A stretch of DNA of 64,000 bases from an uncultured Candidatus Bathyarchaeia archaeon (lineage in GTDB: Archaea; Thermoproteota; Bathyarchaeia; 40CM-2-53-6). Each line of letters starts with the position of its first letter. The stretch's first letter is position 1. Under the pieces are notes generated by a model. It ran no database searches. It saw only the letters and a program-made list of their open reading frames with translations, and was not told the DNA's origin. The stretch spans positions 6,360 to 70,359 of the forward strand of contig CAYMZN010000002.1 in the NCBI GenBank assembly GCA_964394935.1, in the 5' to 3' direction. Below, piece by piece: positions 38,648 through 47,337 of this stretch. The translations under genes were made by a program, and so were the position numbers.

Positions 38648-38830
38648 CTAAGGCGTAGTCATCATGATCAGCTTGCCTTCAGAGAAGTATCCCTTCAAGC
38701 CACATAACTGGCAGACTGCGCCGAGCCGGAAGCCAGAGTCCTCCTCGTAATAGACATTCAAGGACTCTCTGAGGCATCTGGGGCAGCGGTTCCCTGAGCT
38801 CTTCTCCATCATTATCCAAGACAGTAACAA
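38648..38830 (-). CDS. small zinc-ribbon protein (uncertain)
   Basis: CPRC...CQLC pairs in a 60-aa ORF. Confidence 0.35.
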   Translation of the reverse strand: MLLSWIMMEKSSGNRCPRCLRESLNVYYEEDSGFRLGAVCQLCGLKGYFSEGKLIMMTTP

Positions 38831-38952
38831 GCTGACTCCAATATAGCCAGAAGACGTAGCTGAAACTATTCGCTCGTCCTGCGTGTGTAAGGACTTTTAG
38901 AAGGTTTGAGGTATCTCGTGGGAAAGTCTAGTTGGTCTGAGCCACGTCCAAC

Positions 38953-39558
38953 ATGCCCGAGTCCTCTCCAGCGGTTTCGACAAAACGTGAATACCATCTT
39001 CCGCAGGCCAACTGTCCATCCTGTAATCATGTGGGCCTAGAGGTCGCTGAGGTGGAATACCAGGTTGAGAATTTCGGACTATTTCTCATGTCCGTCACTG
39101 AGTGCAGATCTTGCGGCTCGAAGCACAGCGATGTTTTCTCTCTTACCACTCGCGAGCCAGCCGCCACAAGCATAAAGGTCACGTCCGCTGATGATCTGAA
39201 GATCCGCGTTATTCGTGGCAACACAGCTACCGTTCTAGTGCGGGAGCTCGGCGTGTCGATACAGCCAGGCTTGGACAATGAAGGGTTCGTCTCCAATGTT
39301 GAAGGGGTGCTTGTCAGGATTGAAGATGTCCTGCGGTTCTTGGCGCGCTCGCTGCAGGGACGGAAGAAGAAGAGAGCGAACTTGGTGCTCAGGAAGATTG
39401 AAAGAGCTAAAGAAGGCAGGCTACGGTTTACGCTCGTGTTGAAGGATCCGTTCGGAAACGGCACGATCGTCTCTGAGAAGGCGAAAAGGCGCAGGATAGG
39501 TGAAAGGGAGCTAAATAGGCTCAAGTTCGGCGCCCAAGCGATCATGGCTAGGAAGTGA
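38953..39558 (+). CDS. ZPR1-type zinc-finger protein
   Basis: CPSCN...CRSCG zinc ribbon followed by a ZPR1-like beta domain. The ~200-aa length is typical of archaeal ZPR1 homologues. Confidence 0.7.
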   Translation: MPESSPAVSTKREYHLPQANCPSCNHVGLEVAEVEYQVENFGLFLMSVTECRSCGSKHSDVFSLTTREPAATSIKVTSADDLKIRVIRGNTATVLVRELGVSIQPGLDNEGFVSNVEGVLVRIEDVLRFLARSLQGRKKKRANLVLRKIERAKEGRLRFTLVLKDPFGNGTIVSEKAKRRRIGERELNRLKFGAQAIMARK

Positions 39559-39565
39559 CCATGGC

Positions 39566-39856
39566 TTGTCTTCGTCTAGGCCCACACTTTTCCACATGCT
39601 CGAGAAACTTCTCGGCAAACGGGTGCTCGTGGTGGTGGAGCGTGACTTCGGATACGAGGGAGAACTGACCGCTATCTCTCATCATCCTCCTGGAATATGG
39701 CTCTCAGACGCCGAGGCCATTGTTCTGCGATCAACCGTGGTCAATCCCATTCCGCAGGTTGTAACGAAGGAGCGGAGGCATGAGCTCTTCCTGCATCTGA
39801 ACTCCGTGCTCAGAATTGAGACAGCAGCTGAAAGTGGAAAGGCAAGTGAGAAATAA
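39566..39856 (+). CDS. Sm-like (LSm) fold protein, tentative
   Basis: LEKLLGKRVLVVVERDFGYEGELTAI resembles an Sm1 motif. The start is uncertain (TTG 39566 or ATG 39596). Confidence 0.4.
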   Translation: MSSSRPTLFHMLEKLLGKRVLVVVERDFGYEGELTAISHHPPGIWLSDAEAIVLRSTVVNPIPQVVTKERRHELFLHLNSVLRIETAAESGKASEK

Positions 39857-40859
39857 TACGGTAGGCTGGCTCGGCGGTGTTGTGATCAACACCGACGATG
39901 CAAGGCTTGTCTTCGATCCGGTCGCAGCCCGCAGTATGGAGCGTGATGCGCGCGTATTCATCTCACACGCACACTCAGATCACACGTTCGGCTTCCATTC
40001 AAGCGTGATGAAGTACTCGACAGAAGAGACCCGGTGGATCTACGAGAAGCTTAGAGAGAAAACCGTACAGAACTGGCGCGCACTTGAGTACGGCTGCAAG
40101 ATCCGCATTGGCGATACGGAGGTGCTTCCACTCAATGCAGGTCACATGCTCGGTTCTGCACAATTCAAAGTCATCACGAGAGACCACACGTATGTCTACA
40201 GCGGCGACCTTAATTGCGTTAACACGTTGACAACCGAAGCTGCTGAAGTTCCTGAATGCGATACTCTCATCGTTGAAGCGACATATGGCGATCCAAGTTT
40301 CATCTTTCCGCCGCGGGAAAGAACGTACGCGAGGATTGTCAACTGGGCCCTGCGCGAAGTGAAAGCGGGACACATGCCCACCTTTCACGTCTATTCCTCA
40401 GGCAAATCGCAGGAGATCGTGAGGCTGTTCAACGTCTACACTAAGCTTCCAGTCGTCTGCACCCCGGTCGTTTGTAGAGCAAACAAGGCATACAGTGAAG
40501 CGGGAATAGGCCTCTCGTTTCTGGGGGCTGAAACAGCAGAAGGAAGGAGGTTGCTCCGCAAGGGCAACTGCATCTTCGTCACCACGACCGGAACCAACTC
40601 ACTAGTTCCGAGCCATGCCTCAGAAGCGATGGCGACGGGTTGGGCGGTCCGCTTCGGCTCGGGAAGCTACGCATCATTTCCTCTGAGCAGTCACGCGGGC
40701 TTCGACCAACTCATTAAGTACGTTGAGAAGACAGGAGCAAAACGGGTTTACGCGTTCACAGGTTACAGTGAGCTGATATCAAAATACTTGAGAAAAGAGC
40801 TGCAGATCGATGCAGATCCGCTTCCTCTACTGTCGCAGAGAAGCATTCTAGATTTCTAG
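39846..40859 (+). CDS. MBL-fold / beta-CASP-like hydrolase (putative RNA-processing nuclease)
   Basis: HAHSDH, LIVEATYGD (beta-CASP motif A-like), and SSHAGFDQL. The GTG at 39846 overlaps the upstream stop. Confidence 0.65.
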   Translation: MRNNTVGWLGGVVINTDDARLVFDPVAARSMERDARVFISHAHSDHTFGFHSSVMKYSTEETRWIYEKLREKTVQNWRALEYGCKIRIGDTEVLPLNAGHMLGSAQFKVITRDHTYVYSGDLNCVNTLTTEAAEVPECDTLIVEATYGDPSFIFPPRERTYARIVNWALREVKAGHMPTFHVYSSGKSQEIVRLFNVYTKLPVVCTPVVCRANKAYSEAGIGLSFLGAETAEGRRLLRKGNCIFVTTTGTNSLVPSHASEAMATGWAVRFGSGSYASFPLSSHAGFDQLIKYVEKTGAKRVYAFTGYSELISKYLRKELQIDADPLPLLSQRSILDF

Positions 40860-40875
40860 AAGGACGCATCAACGT

Positions 40876-41058
40876 CTACTTGAAAGTCATGTAGGCAAAG
40901 AGGCTAATCGCGATTAGCGCCACCGCCAGCACCAAGACGACCTCTGGACGCACCTTGATTCCAGGAGTCTCTTCCTCAAAGAACCTTAACAATCCAGCGC
41001 TGGCCGCTGGCATCGGGGCCTCACTTCTTCGACGTTTCTCTCGTCTGCTCAAGGACAC
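40876..41058 (-). CDS. secG: preprotein translocase subunit Sec61beta/SecG
   Basis: SAGLLRFFEEETPGIKVRPEVVLVLAVALIAISLF is the Sec61beta signature plus its TM segment. Confidence 0.75.
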   Translation of the reverse strand: MSLSRREKRRRSEAPMPAASAGLLRFFEEETPGIKVRPEVVLVLAVALIAISLFAYMTFK

Positions 41059-41524
41059 GCCTTCCAGCAGATTGACCGAGGTTGACGTCCTCTTAAACCT
41101 TCATGCGTCTGGGCAAAGCGTCAGGCATGCGCCCAAAGATTCGGCCGGATCTGTTGGCGCGTTTGCATGGACAGTTCGGGTTCCAACTTCTCTGAGCATC
41201 GTGTGCCCACGTGTTGCGAACGCAATGCCAGTGCCGACGAGTCCTTTAGGCCCGGTCCAAACCATTTGCCTCACAATACACGTATAGTCTCCAAGAGTAG
41301 ATACATGCGCTGTGTCCCATCGCGAGACAAGATCGAGGGCAGGCTACACAAAGGATCGTTCGCGGTCGTTGCGTCACCTTTTATACTAGTCCCGTCCTCT
41401 GCTTATGCAGTATACTGAAGATCTTACCTGCGTGGATGACGGAAGGGCCGTCTGGCCCATGCCGATTATCGCTGCGAGTATTATCTTTCGTATAACTAAC
41501 GAATAGGGACGGTGGAAAGTGAAG

Positions 41525-41677
41525 ATGGGTTACGAGAATCGACGTTACGGTGCCCCGAGGCAAATGACGAAAGTCAAATGCTCCGACTGCGGCGCAGAGA
41601 CGGAAGTACCGTTTGTGCCGACGGCGGGCAGACCAGTCTACTGTAGAGAGTGCTACCAGAAGCACCGAAGGTACTAG
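41525..41677 (+). CDS. small CxxC-CxxC zinc-ribbon protein (50 aa; below the track length cut-off)
   Basis: My own translation: MGYENRRYGAPRQMTKVKCSDCGAETEVPFVPTAGRPVYCRECYQKHRRY. A GGTGG lies about 10 nt upstream of the ATG. C..C-x(n)-RPVYC..C is a recurrent small zinc-ribbon module. Confidence 0.55.
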   Translation: MGYENRRYGAPRQMTKVKCSDCGAETEVPFVPTAGRPVYCRECYQKHRRY

Positions 41678-41718
41678 GCCAACAGCTTTAGGCCGAAACC
41701 GTGTGGCTTTCCTAGTTT

Positions 41719-42090
41719 TTGTTCCTCACTTCTGTCGTTCCTCGAGAGAGTCGAGCCTCGCAATCCCCTCCTGACCTGTCTACTTCCCTTCGACAAAAGC
41801 CTCAATACCGTCGAACGAGTCCTCTCACATTCAAGCAGGAGAGAAGATCGATACCGCGTTTCAAGCGTCCTGGCATCGGCGAGGACGAGGTCAAGGAGAG
41901 GGTTCTCAAGATGATTAGGAGAGTTTCTCCGCACGGGTACGGCGTGGAATTCAGAAAGATACGTCAAGTTGGCGACCTTTGGGAGGCGGAGGGCTACTTC
42001 CGTACGGAGGGGAAGGACTTGCCTCGTCGTTTCATGATTAGGTTCAACGCGCAGGGCGCGGTCAAGTTCAAAGACATAGAGCCGCCTTGA
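41719..42090 (+). CDS. hypothetical protein (start uncertain)
   Basis: Only the C-terminal ~70 aa looks protein-like. The internal Met at 41911 is an alternative start. Confidence 0.3.
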   Translation: MFLTSVVPRESRASQSPPDLSTSLRQKPQYRRTSPLTFKQERRSIPRFKRPGIGEDEVKERVLKMIRRVSPHGYGVEFRKIRQVGDLWEAEGYFRTEGKDLPRRFMIRFNAQGAVKFKDIEPP

Positions 42091-42216
42091 GAAACATCAT
42101 CCTCGATCCGGGCGAGCATCATAATACGCTGGTGACGCAGGATATGTCTGGACGGTTCAACGCGAATTCTGGGGTCTATTACACTTCCGTGCTCCTTGAG
42201 AACACTGTTCCACACG

Positions 42217-43570
42217 TCATTGTCGGATCTTGATGTACTCGTAGGCTGACCGTGCGGTCTCGAACGCGTAGTGCACCTTCTGGAAATCCTTGCGGAACAT
42301 CGCAACATCGGCCTTGACTCTTCCAGGAGGTTCCTTGTCGACGATCACGCGTTTGATGAACTCGGCCACCTCGACCATCTGTGACCGCTTCATGCCGAGA
42401 CGCGTGATCTCCGAGACGCCTATGCGTATCCCGCCAGGGTTCTGGTAATGTCGTCCGGCCTGAATGTCGCCTGGAAGTAGTTGTCGGTTCACAATTATGT
42501 TCGCCTTCTCCAGAGTCCTCTCAATGTCTCCTCCGAGGCCGTACTTGCTCGTATCAACGGCGATCTGATGCGATTTCGTGAATCCTTTGCTCTCCGCAAG
42601 TGTGTTCAGGCCACGTTCATGCAACGCTTGCCCCAGTGCTTGAGCGTTTGCAACGATCTCGGATGCGTACTCGCGACCGAACTCTAGCATCTCTGCAAAC
42701 GCGACGGCCTTCCCCGCGACGGTGTGAAGGTGATGGTTGCTCGTGTTTGACGGGAACGTGGCCTTCTTGATCTGTTCAGCATACTTCTCAAATGAGACGA
42801 CAGCACCGCCCTGAGGGCCGAAGAGGGTCTTGTGTGTGCTCATCATCATGATGTCCGCGCCCTCCCGGAGCGGGTCTTGGAACTGTCCACCCGCGATCAG
42901 TCCAGAGACGTGAGCCGCATCGTATGCAACCGTGCATCCAACCCCGTGGAAATATTCGGCGAGCTCCTTGACCGGGTGCGGAAAGAGGAACAGGCTTCCC
43001 CCAAATGTTGCAAGCTTTGGACCCTTCCCATCCTTGATCATCCTGTCAACTCTGCCCTTGGTCTTATCGGGATCGATGTTCATCTCGTTCCGGTCAAAGA
43101 CGAAGTACTCCACGTCGAGGCCGTGGACACTACCGGCGGTTCCGTTGAAGTCCCTCTTTCCCATGGAGATGTGACCGCCGCTCGGGATCGCCAAAGCCAT
43201 CATGACATCTCCGGGGGACGTGAACGCCGTGTAGGCGACCAGGTTGGCACAGACACCAGACACCGGGCGGACATCAACGAACTCTGCACGGAATAGCTGC
43301 TTCGCTAGGTCAATGCAGATCTGCTCGACCTGGTCAATGTACACGCATCCAGCGTAGACTCTCTCCCCAACCCAACCATGCAGAGGCTCGGCCACGAAGG
43401 CACGACGCCTATTCTGCGTAGCGGTTACCGAAGTCAGAAATCACTGCTTCGCGGACCGCCGGGCTGGGAACGTTCTCGGAAGCAATTAGCGGAATGCTCT
43501 CCGAGAACCAGCTGTGATGCTGCTCGAGCAGCTCGAAGACCTTCTCATACGAGCTCCTGGCAGAACTCAC
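42217..43570 (-). CDS. glyA: serine hydroxymethyltransferase, interrupted by a 34-nt BHB-type intron (exon 1 43412..43570, exon 2 42217..43377)
   Basis: Exon 2 holds GCVYIDQVE, VRPVSGVCAN, the STHKTLFGPQGG PLP-Lys block and HHLH. Exon 1, in another frame, encodes MSSARSSYEKVFELLEQHHSWFSESIPLIASENVPSPAVREAVISDFGNRYAE and then stops at TAG. The spliced product is 439 aa. Confidence 0.85.
43378..43411 (-). other. putative bulge-helix-bulge intron in glyA mRNA
   Basis: RNA: ...CUAC[GCAG](AA|U)[AGGC]GUCGUGCCUUCGUGGCCGA[GCCU][CUGC](AU|G)GUUGG... It has a 4-bp central helix, two 3-nt bulges on opposite strands and a 4-bp inner helix. Cuts after the second bulge nucleotide join GAA|GGU in frame. Confidence 0.7.
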
Positions 43571-43656
43571 TCATTGTTCCCCTCAAGGTAGAGTAGCTGC
43601 CATCAACTAAATCACTCTTTAGATAGATCATGTAACCTTGATCGAGCGTCCGGGGC

Positions 43657-44379
43657 ATGAATTCGACTAAGGGCAGGCATCGTCGGCTACGGCGGGATGT
43701 CAAAGCCAGCAGGGTGAAACTGAGGGCAAGAAGGTATTTTGCAGCTGTGGCGAATCAGTGGGACAGAATGCGCGAGGACTTCTTCGACTCCACAATCGCC
43801 AAATCCATAGTGAAAGCGTCGGCTGTCAGGCCCGGAACCACCGTGGTCGATGTCGGTTGCGGAACAGGCTTCCTCACACAACAAGTTGGGATGCAGACTC
43901 AAGGCAACGCAAAGATCGTGGGCGTCGATCTTTCCCCTTCAATGTTGCAGATCGCCAAAGAGAACTTGGGCAAGATTGGATTGCTCGAATCAGTGGAGTT
44001 CAGAGTCGGAGACGCCGAGAACATTCCAGTTGACGACAACTTCGCTGATGCAGTCCTTGGAAACATGGTCCTCCATCACTGCCCAAGGCCAAGACGAGCC
44101 ATCTCGGAGATGACTCGAGTCCTCAAGCCAGGCGGTAGGCTCGCGGTAGCAGATTTGGAGAAGCATAACGAGCGGTGGCTGAGGGACGAGATGGCCGACC
44201 GATGGCTCGGGTTTGAGCTGAAGAAAGTCGAAGAGTGGCTTGAGGACGTTGGCTTGGAAGACGTGAAAGTGGAGCTGGCGAGGACAAAGTGTTGCGGCGT
44301 CTCTCTGCGTGGGAGGAAAGCGGAGATAGGCATCTTCATCGCGAGCGGCTCGAAACCGAAAGGCCGTGCCATCCTCTAG
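43657..44379 (+). CDS. class I SAM-dependent methyltransferase
   Basis: VVDVGCGTGFLT (motif I) and a type-11 methyltransferase layout. Confidence 0.75.
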   Translation: MNSTKGRHRRLRRDVKASRVKLRARRYFAAVANQWDRMREDFFDSTIAKSIVKASAVRPGTTVVDVGCGTGFLTQQVGMQTQGNAKIVGVDLSPSMLQIAKENLGKIGLLESVEFRVGDAENIPVDDNFADAVLGNMVLHHCPRPRRAISEMTRVLKPGGRLAVADLEKHNERWLRDEMADRWLGFELKKVEEWLEDVGLEDVKVELARTKCCGVSLRGRKAEIGIFIASGSKPKGRAIL

Positions 44380-44386
44380 CGTGCAG

Positions 44387-45865
44387 TCATTCGATCTGTC
44401 TTCTCGCGCGTAGAATTTCTCTTCCCCTGTCCGTCAGTTGGTACTGGAAGATCTCTCGTTTGGTAATCGAAACCCTAGGCCTCACCCTTGCTATGAGATT
44501 CAACCCCTCAAGCTCGGTCAGATGCTGATAGACGCTCGGAAGTTTCACAGAAACTCCAAATTGGTCCGCGAGCTCCTTCCAAATTCCGTAGCCGTGGGCT
44601 GGAGACTCGCTAAGCAGCTGCAGGATCGAGAGTTTCGTACCTCCAACTTCTAGGGTAAACTCTCTTGGCTCCGTCCGTCTCAAGAGCCTATCGAGTCTCT
44701 TCGATCGGTCAATATGTTGCCTTACAGCCTTCGGATCTTTGAGTCCGGCTCCGGTTATCACGCAGACTACCTCTTCATCCCGCTCGGTTCTACCAGATTT
44801 GACAGCCTTGGCAAGTCCTGCGATCGCTGCAGCTGCTGCTGGTTCTGCGAAGATTCCTTCAGTGTGAGCCAGCAAGGCTGTTGCCTTCAGGATCTCGTGA
44901 TCGGTGACCGAGATGGCCGACCCTTTAGACTCTCTAAGAGCCTTTAGTGCTATGAACCCGTGCAACGGGGCTGAAACTGCTATGTCCGCGGCGAAGGTCT
45001 TCACCGATACCTGTGGCTCGACATCGGTCTTGTTCGAATTGAACCCCTGAACGATTGGAGCGGCTCCCTGGGGTTGAACGCACGTCATTCTCACCGACTT
45101 ATCTCCAACGAGGTTGGCTCTCCTAAGATCTCTTAGGATCTTCCAGATCATCGCAAGGTGGCCGCCGCTGCCGACCGGAACTACGATCCTGTCAGGTAGC
45201 GCCCAGCTCAGCTGTTCGCATATCTCCAGTCCTGTCGTCTTCTCGCCTTCCAAGAAGAATCGGCTTGCAGGCGAGACTATGTACTGGTTCGAAGACGGCT
45301 CGATTCTCTTCAGCGCTTCTTCGTAGTCTCTCACAGGCTCAAGCTCGGCTCCGTAGGCAATCATCTGATAGAGCTTTCCCGTGTCTACGAACTGAGGGAG
45401 AAATAGCCTGCATCTGGCTCCCGCCTTCGCCGCGTAGGCCGCTGCGGATGCTCCTAGGTTCCCCTTCGCTCCGCACGTTAGAATTCTGCGCCCAAGTTCC
45501 TTTGCCTTCGACGCCTCGACCGTCATTCCCCGGTCTACGAATGAGCCGGTCGGGTTCGTGGTTTCATCCTTCAGGAGAAGTTTCCTGACTCCGATCTCAC
45601 GCGCAAGCCTGGGGCAATCGTGCATGAATGTGCCGCCCTCACCCAGTGAGACCACGTTCTCTTCGTTCTGGATTGGAAGGAGCTCACGATACTTCCATAC
45701 GCCGGGGCTTCGCGTCTGAAACTCGGCACTCGTGAAGATCTGCCCAACCTTCTGGTAGTCATACTCGAACAGTAGGGTGCTGTGACACACCGGGCATCCG
45801 ACTGCATCAAGATTCCCCTCGACAGACCCGCATCGAGGACATTCAAGCGATGTGACCAAAGACAC
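44387..45865 (-). CDS. threonine synthase-like PLP enzyme with an N-terminal zinc ribbon and a C-terminal PadR-like winged-helix extension
   Basis: CPRCG...CPVCHS; the fold-type II block KDETTNPTGSFVDRG (PLP Lys replaced by the usual ThrC context); GNLGASAAAYAA. The C-terminal ~95 aa read SILQLLSESPAHGYGIWKELADQFGV..LPSVYQHLTELEGLNLI...YQLTDRGREIL, a PadR pattern. I prefer the GTG at 45865 or TTG at 45859 as the start. Confidence 0.75.
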   Translation of the reverse strand: MSLVTSLECPRCGSVEGNLDAVGCPVCHSTLLFEYDYQKVGQIFTSAEFQTRSPGVWKYRELLPIQNEENVVSLGEGGTFMHDCPRLAREIGVRKLLLKDETTNPTGSFVDRGMTVEASKAKELGRRILTCGAKGNLGASAAAYAAKAGARCRLFLPQFVDTGKLYQMIAYGAELEPVRDYEEALKRIEPSSNQYIVSPASRFFLEGEKTTGLEICEQLSWALPDRIVVPVGSGGHLAMIWKILRDLRRANLVGDKSVRMTCVQPQGAAPIVQGFNSNKTDVEPQVSVKTFAADIAVSAPLHGFIALKALRESKGSAISVTDHEILKATALLAHTEGIFAEPAAAAAIAGLAKAVKSGRTERDEEVVCVITGAGLKDPKAVRQHIDRSKRLDRLLRRTEPREFTLEVGGTKLSILQLLSESPAHGYGIWKELADQFGVSVKLPSVYQHLTELEGLNLIARVRPRVSITKREIFQYQLTDRGREILRARRQIE

Positions 45866-45887
45866 CAACGGCAGGCACGATCGGCCG

Positions 45888-45911
45888 ATATATAGGTAAG
45901 CGCTTATATAT
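45888..45911. promoter_or_regulatory. back-to-back TATA boxes of a divergent promoter
   Basis: ATATATAGG and CTTATATAT form a near-palindrome. They lie about 25-30 nt from the minus-strand start (45865/45859) and about 34 nt from the plus-strand start (45945). Confidence 0.5.
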
Positions 45912-45944
45912 GCGTCTTTTTCGTGGCGGTCGTGGAGATGCTCC

Positions 45945-46451
45945 TTGGCTCGGTCAGGAGTCGCAGCCAAGCTGGCGCTTGCTGCGGCGTTGGCTGCAAC
46001 AACCACGGTTGCAACGATGCTGGTTCAGATACCGATTCCGCCGACGAGAGGATACCTGAACTTCGGAGACATCATGGTCTTCACCAGCGCTCTGTTATTC
46101 GGTAGGTTCGTCGGAGGCCTCGCCGGAGGGATAGGCTCGGCTACAGCTGATATGATCACGGGATACGCATATTTTGCGCCCTACACACTGATAATAAAGG
46201 GTCTAGAGGGCTTTCTTGCAGGTGCAGTCAGGGACGGAAAGAGCAGCCGCCGCGATGCGCTCGGATGGTTCGTCGGTGCTATCGCCATGCTTTCAGGCTA
46301 CTTCCTGGCAGAAGCATACATGATGGGCTTCGGGGTTCCAGCCGCGCTTGTTGAGGTGCCTGGCAATAGTATCCAGGTTCTCTCGGGCGCAATCGTTGCG
46401 ATTCCGCTGGCTAGAGCGCTCAGGAACAGGATTCCGAAGATCCTGATATAG
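45945..46451 (+). CDS. ECF S-component-like membrane protein (ThiW/BioY-like fold), tentative
   Basis: 168 aa with about 5 TM segments. GYLNFGDIMVFTSALLFG and ADMITGY..YTLIIKGLEGFLAG resemble S-component motifs. Confidence 0.5.
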   Translation: MARSGVAAKLALAAALAATTTVATMLVQIPIPPTRGYLNFGDIMVFTSALLFGRFVGGLAGGIGSATADMITGYAYFAPYTLIIKGLEGFLAGAVRDGKSSRRDALGWFVGAIAMLSGYFLAEAYMMGFGVPAALVEVPGNSIQVLSGAIVAIPLARALRNRIPKILI

Positions 46452-46468
46452 GCAGTGGGCTGCGGCAA

Positions 46469-46930
46469 CTAGGTTCCAATTAGGGCTCTGATCCGTTTCA
46501 TCTGTTCATGGGGAAGCCGTTTTCGTGCAGTGAACGTTACCTCATCTCCGGCTTTCCTCGGGATTATGTGGACATGGATATGAGGGACGAGCTGGTGAGC
46601 GGCCTTTCCGTCGTTGATCGAGATGTGTGATCCTTGTGCCGACATCTTCCTCATGATTCTCTCGTTGAGTTCTTGGACCTTGGCGAACAACTTGACAACT
46701 TCAGCTTGAGGAATCTCGCCAAACCGTTCATAGTGACGTTTCGTCAGGAGTAGTGTGTGTCCATCCGTGATAGGGTGCTTGTCCAGAATAGCGATCAAGT
46801 CATCGTCCTCGTATACGATGTGAGCCGGTGCCTTCTTGGCTATGATATCGCAGAACACGCACGACAAATCTGTCAATCTTCTGCGGAGGTTCGGTGTGTC
46901 TTTGAGATATTCTTTGCTAGGGATCATCAA
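46469..46930 (-). CDS. HIT-family nucleotide hydrolase/transferase
   Basis: Histidine triad HIHVHIIPR and the N-terminal CVFCDI. Confidence 0.8.
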   Translation of the reverse strand: MMIPSKEYLKDTPNLRRRLTDLSCVFCDIIAKKAPAHIVYEDDDLIAILDKHPITDGHTLLLTKRHYERFGEIPQAEVVKLFAKVQELNERIMRKMSAQGSHISINDGKAAHQLVPHIHVHIIPRKAGDEVTFTARKRLPHEQMKRIRALIGT

Positions 46931-46995
46931 GTTTTTGTACTTTCACCTTGCTCTCCCGCTTATCTTCTCCCCGATGGTTCATATCATTCCGATGA

Positions 46996-47322
46996 TTGAT
47001 GCCGCCGAGACCTCCGCTTCTCACCATCATAGGCAACGAATCGAGGCTCAGGATCCTTCTGGCTCTGGCAAAACATGTGGGCGAATCGTTGAGCGTGTAT
47101 AAGATCTCAAAATTCAGCGGTTTGGAAAGGAAAGTGATTAGGGTGCATCTGAGAAAACTCGTCGCCGCCGAATTAGTTCAAGCAAAGGCATACGGGCCCA
47201 TCTTTCTCTATAGCTTGAACAGGCAAAGCATACCAGTTCAACGCCTCATGGACCTGTTTGACAGTTCAAGGCTGCTGGGCGAAGTCTCAACGCCGATGCT
47301 CTACTATGCGTCCTGTCCGTAA
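46996..47322 (+). CDS. ArsR-like wHTH protein
   Basis: SRLRILLALAK...SVYKISKFSGLERKVIRVHLRKLVAAELV. Confidence 0.55.
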   Translation: MMPPRPPLLTIIGNESRLRILLALAKHVGESLSVYKISKFSGLERKVIRVHLRKLVAAELVQAKAYGPIFLYSLNRQSIPVQRLMDLFDSSRLLGEVSTPMLYYASCP

Positions 47323-47337
47323 AACGCCTAGGGTTCA

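Noticed and set aside
41381-41665. 94-aa minus-strand track ORF
   Set aside because: It is antisense to a much more convincing 50-aa zinc-ribbon ORF with an upstream GGTGG. It has no motif of its own.
42217-43570. glyA read as a frameshifted pseudogene, a programmed frameshift, or a sequencing or assembly error
   Set aside because: The disruption is a discrete 34-nt insert, not a 1-2-nt slip. Both flanking parts are otherwise intact and conserved. The insert carries a complete BHB motif whose predicted cuts restore the frame exactly. A pseudogene or an artefact cannot be formally excluded without reads or cDNA.
43378-43596. 72-aa plus-strand track ORF
   Set aside because: It is antisense to glyA exon 1 and the intron, and it has no motif.
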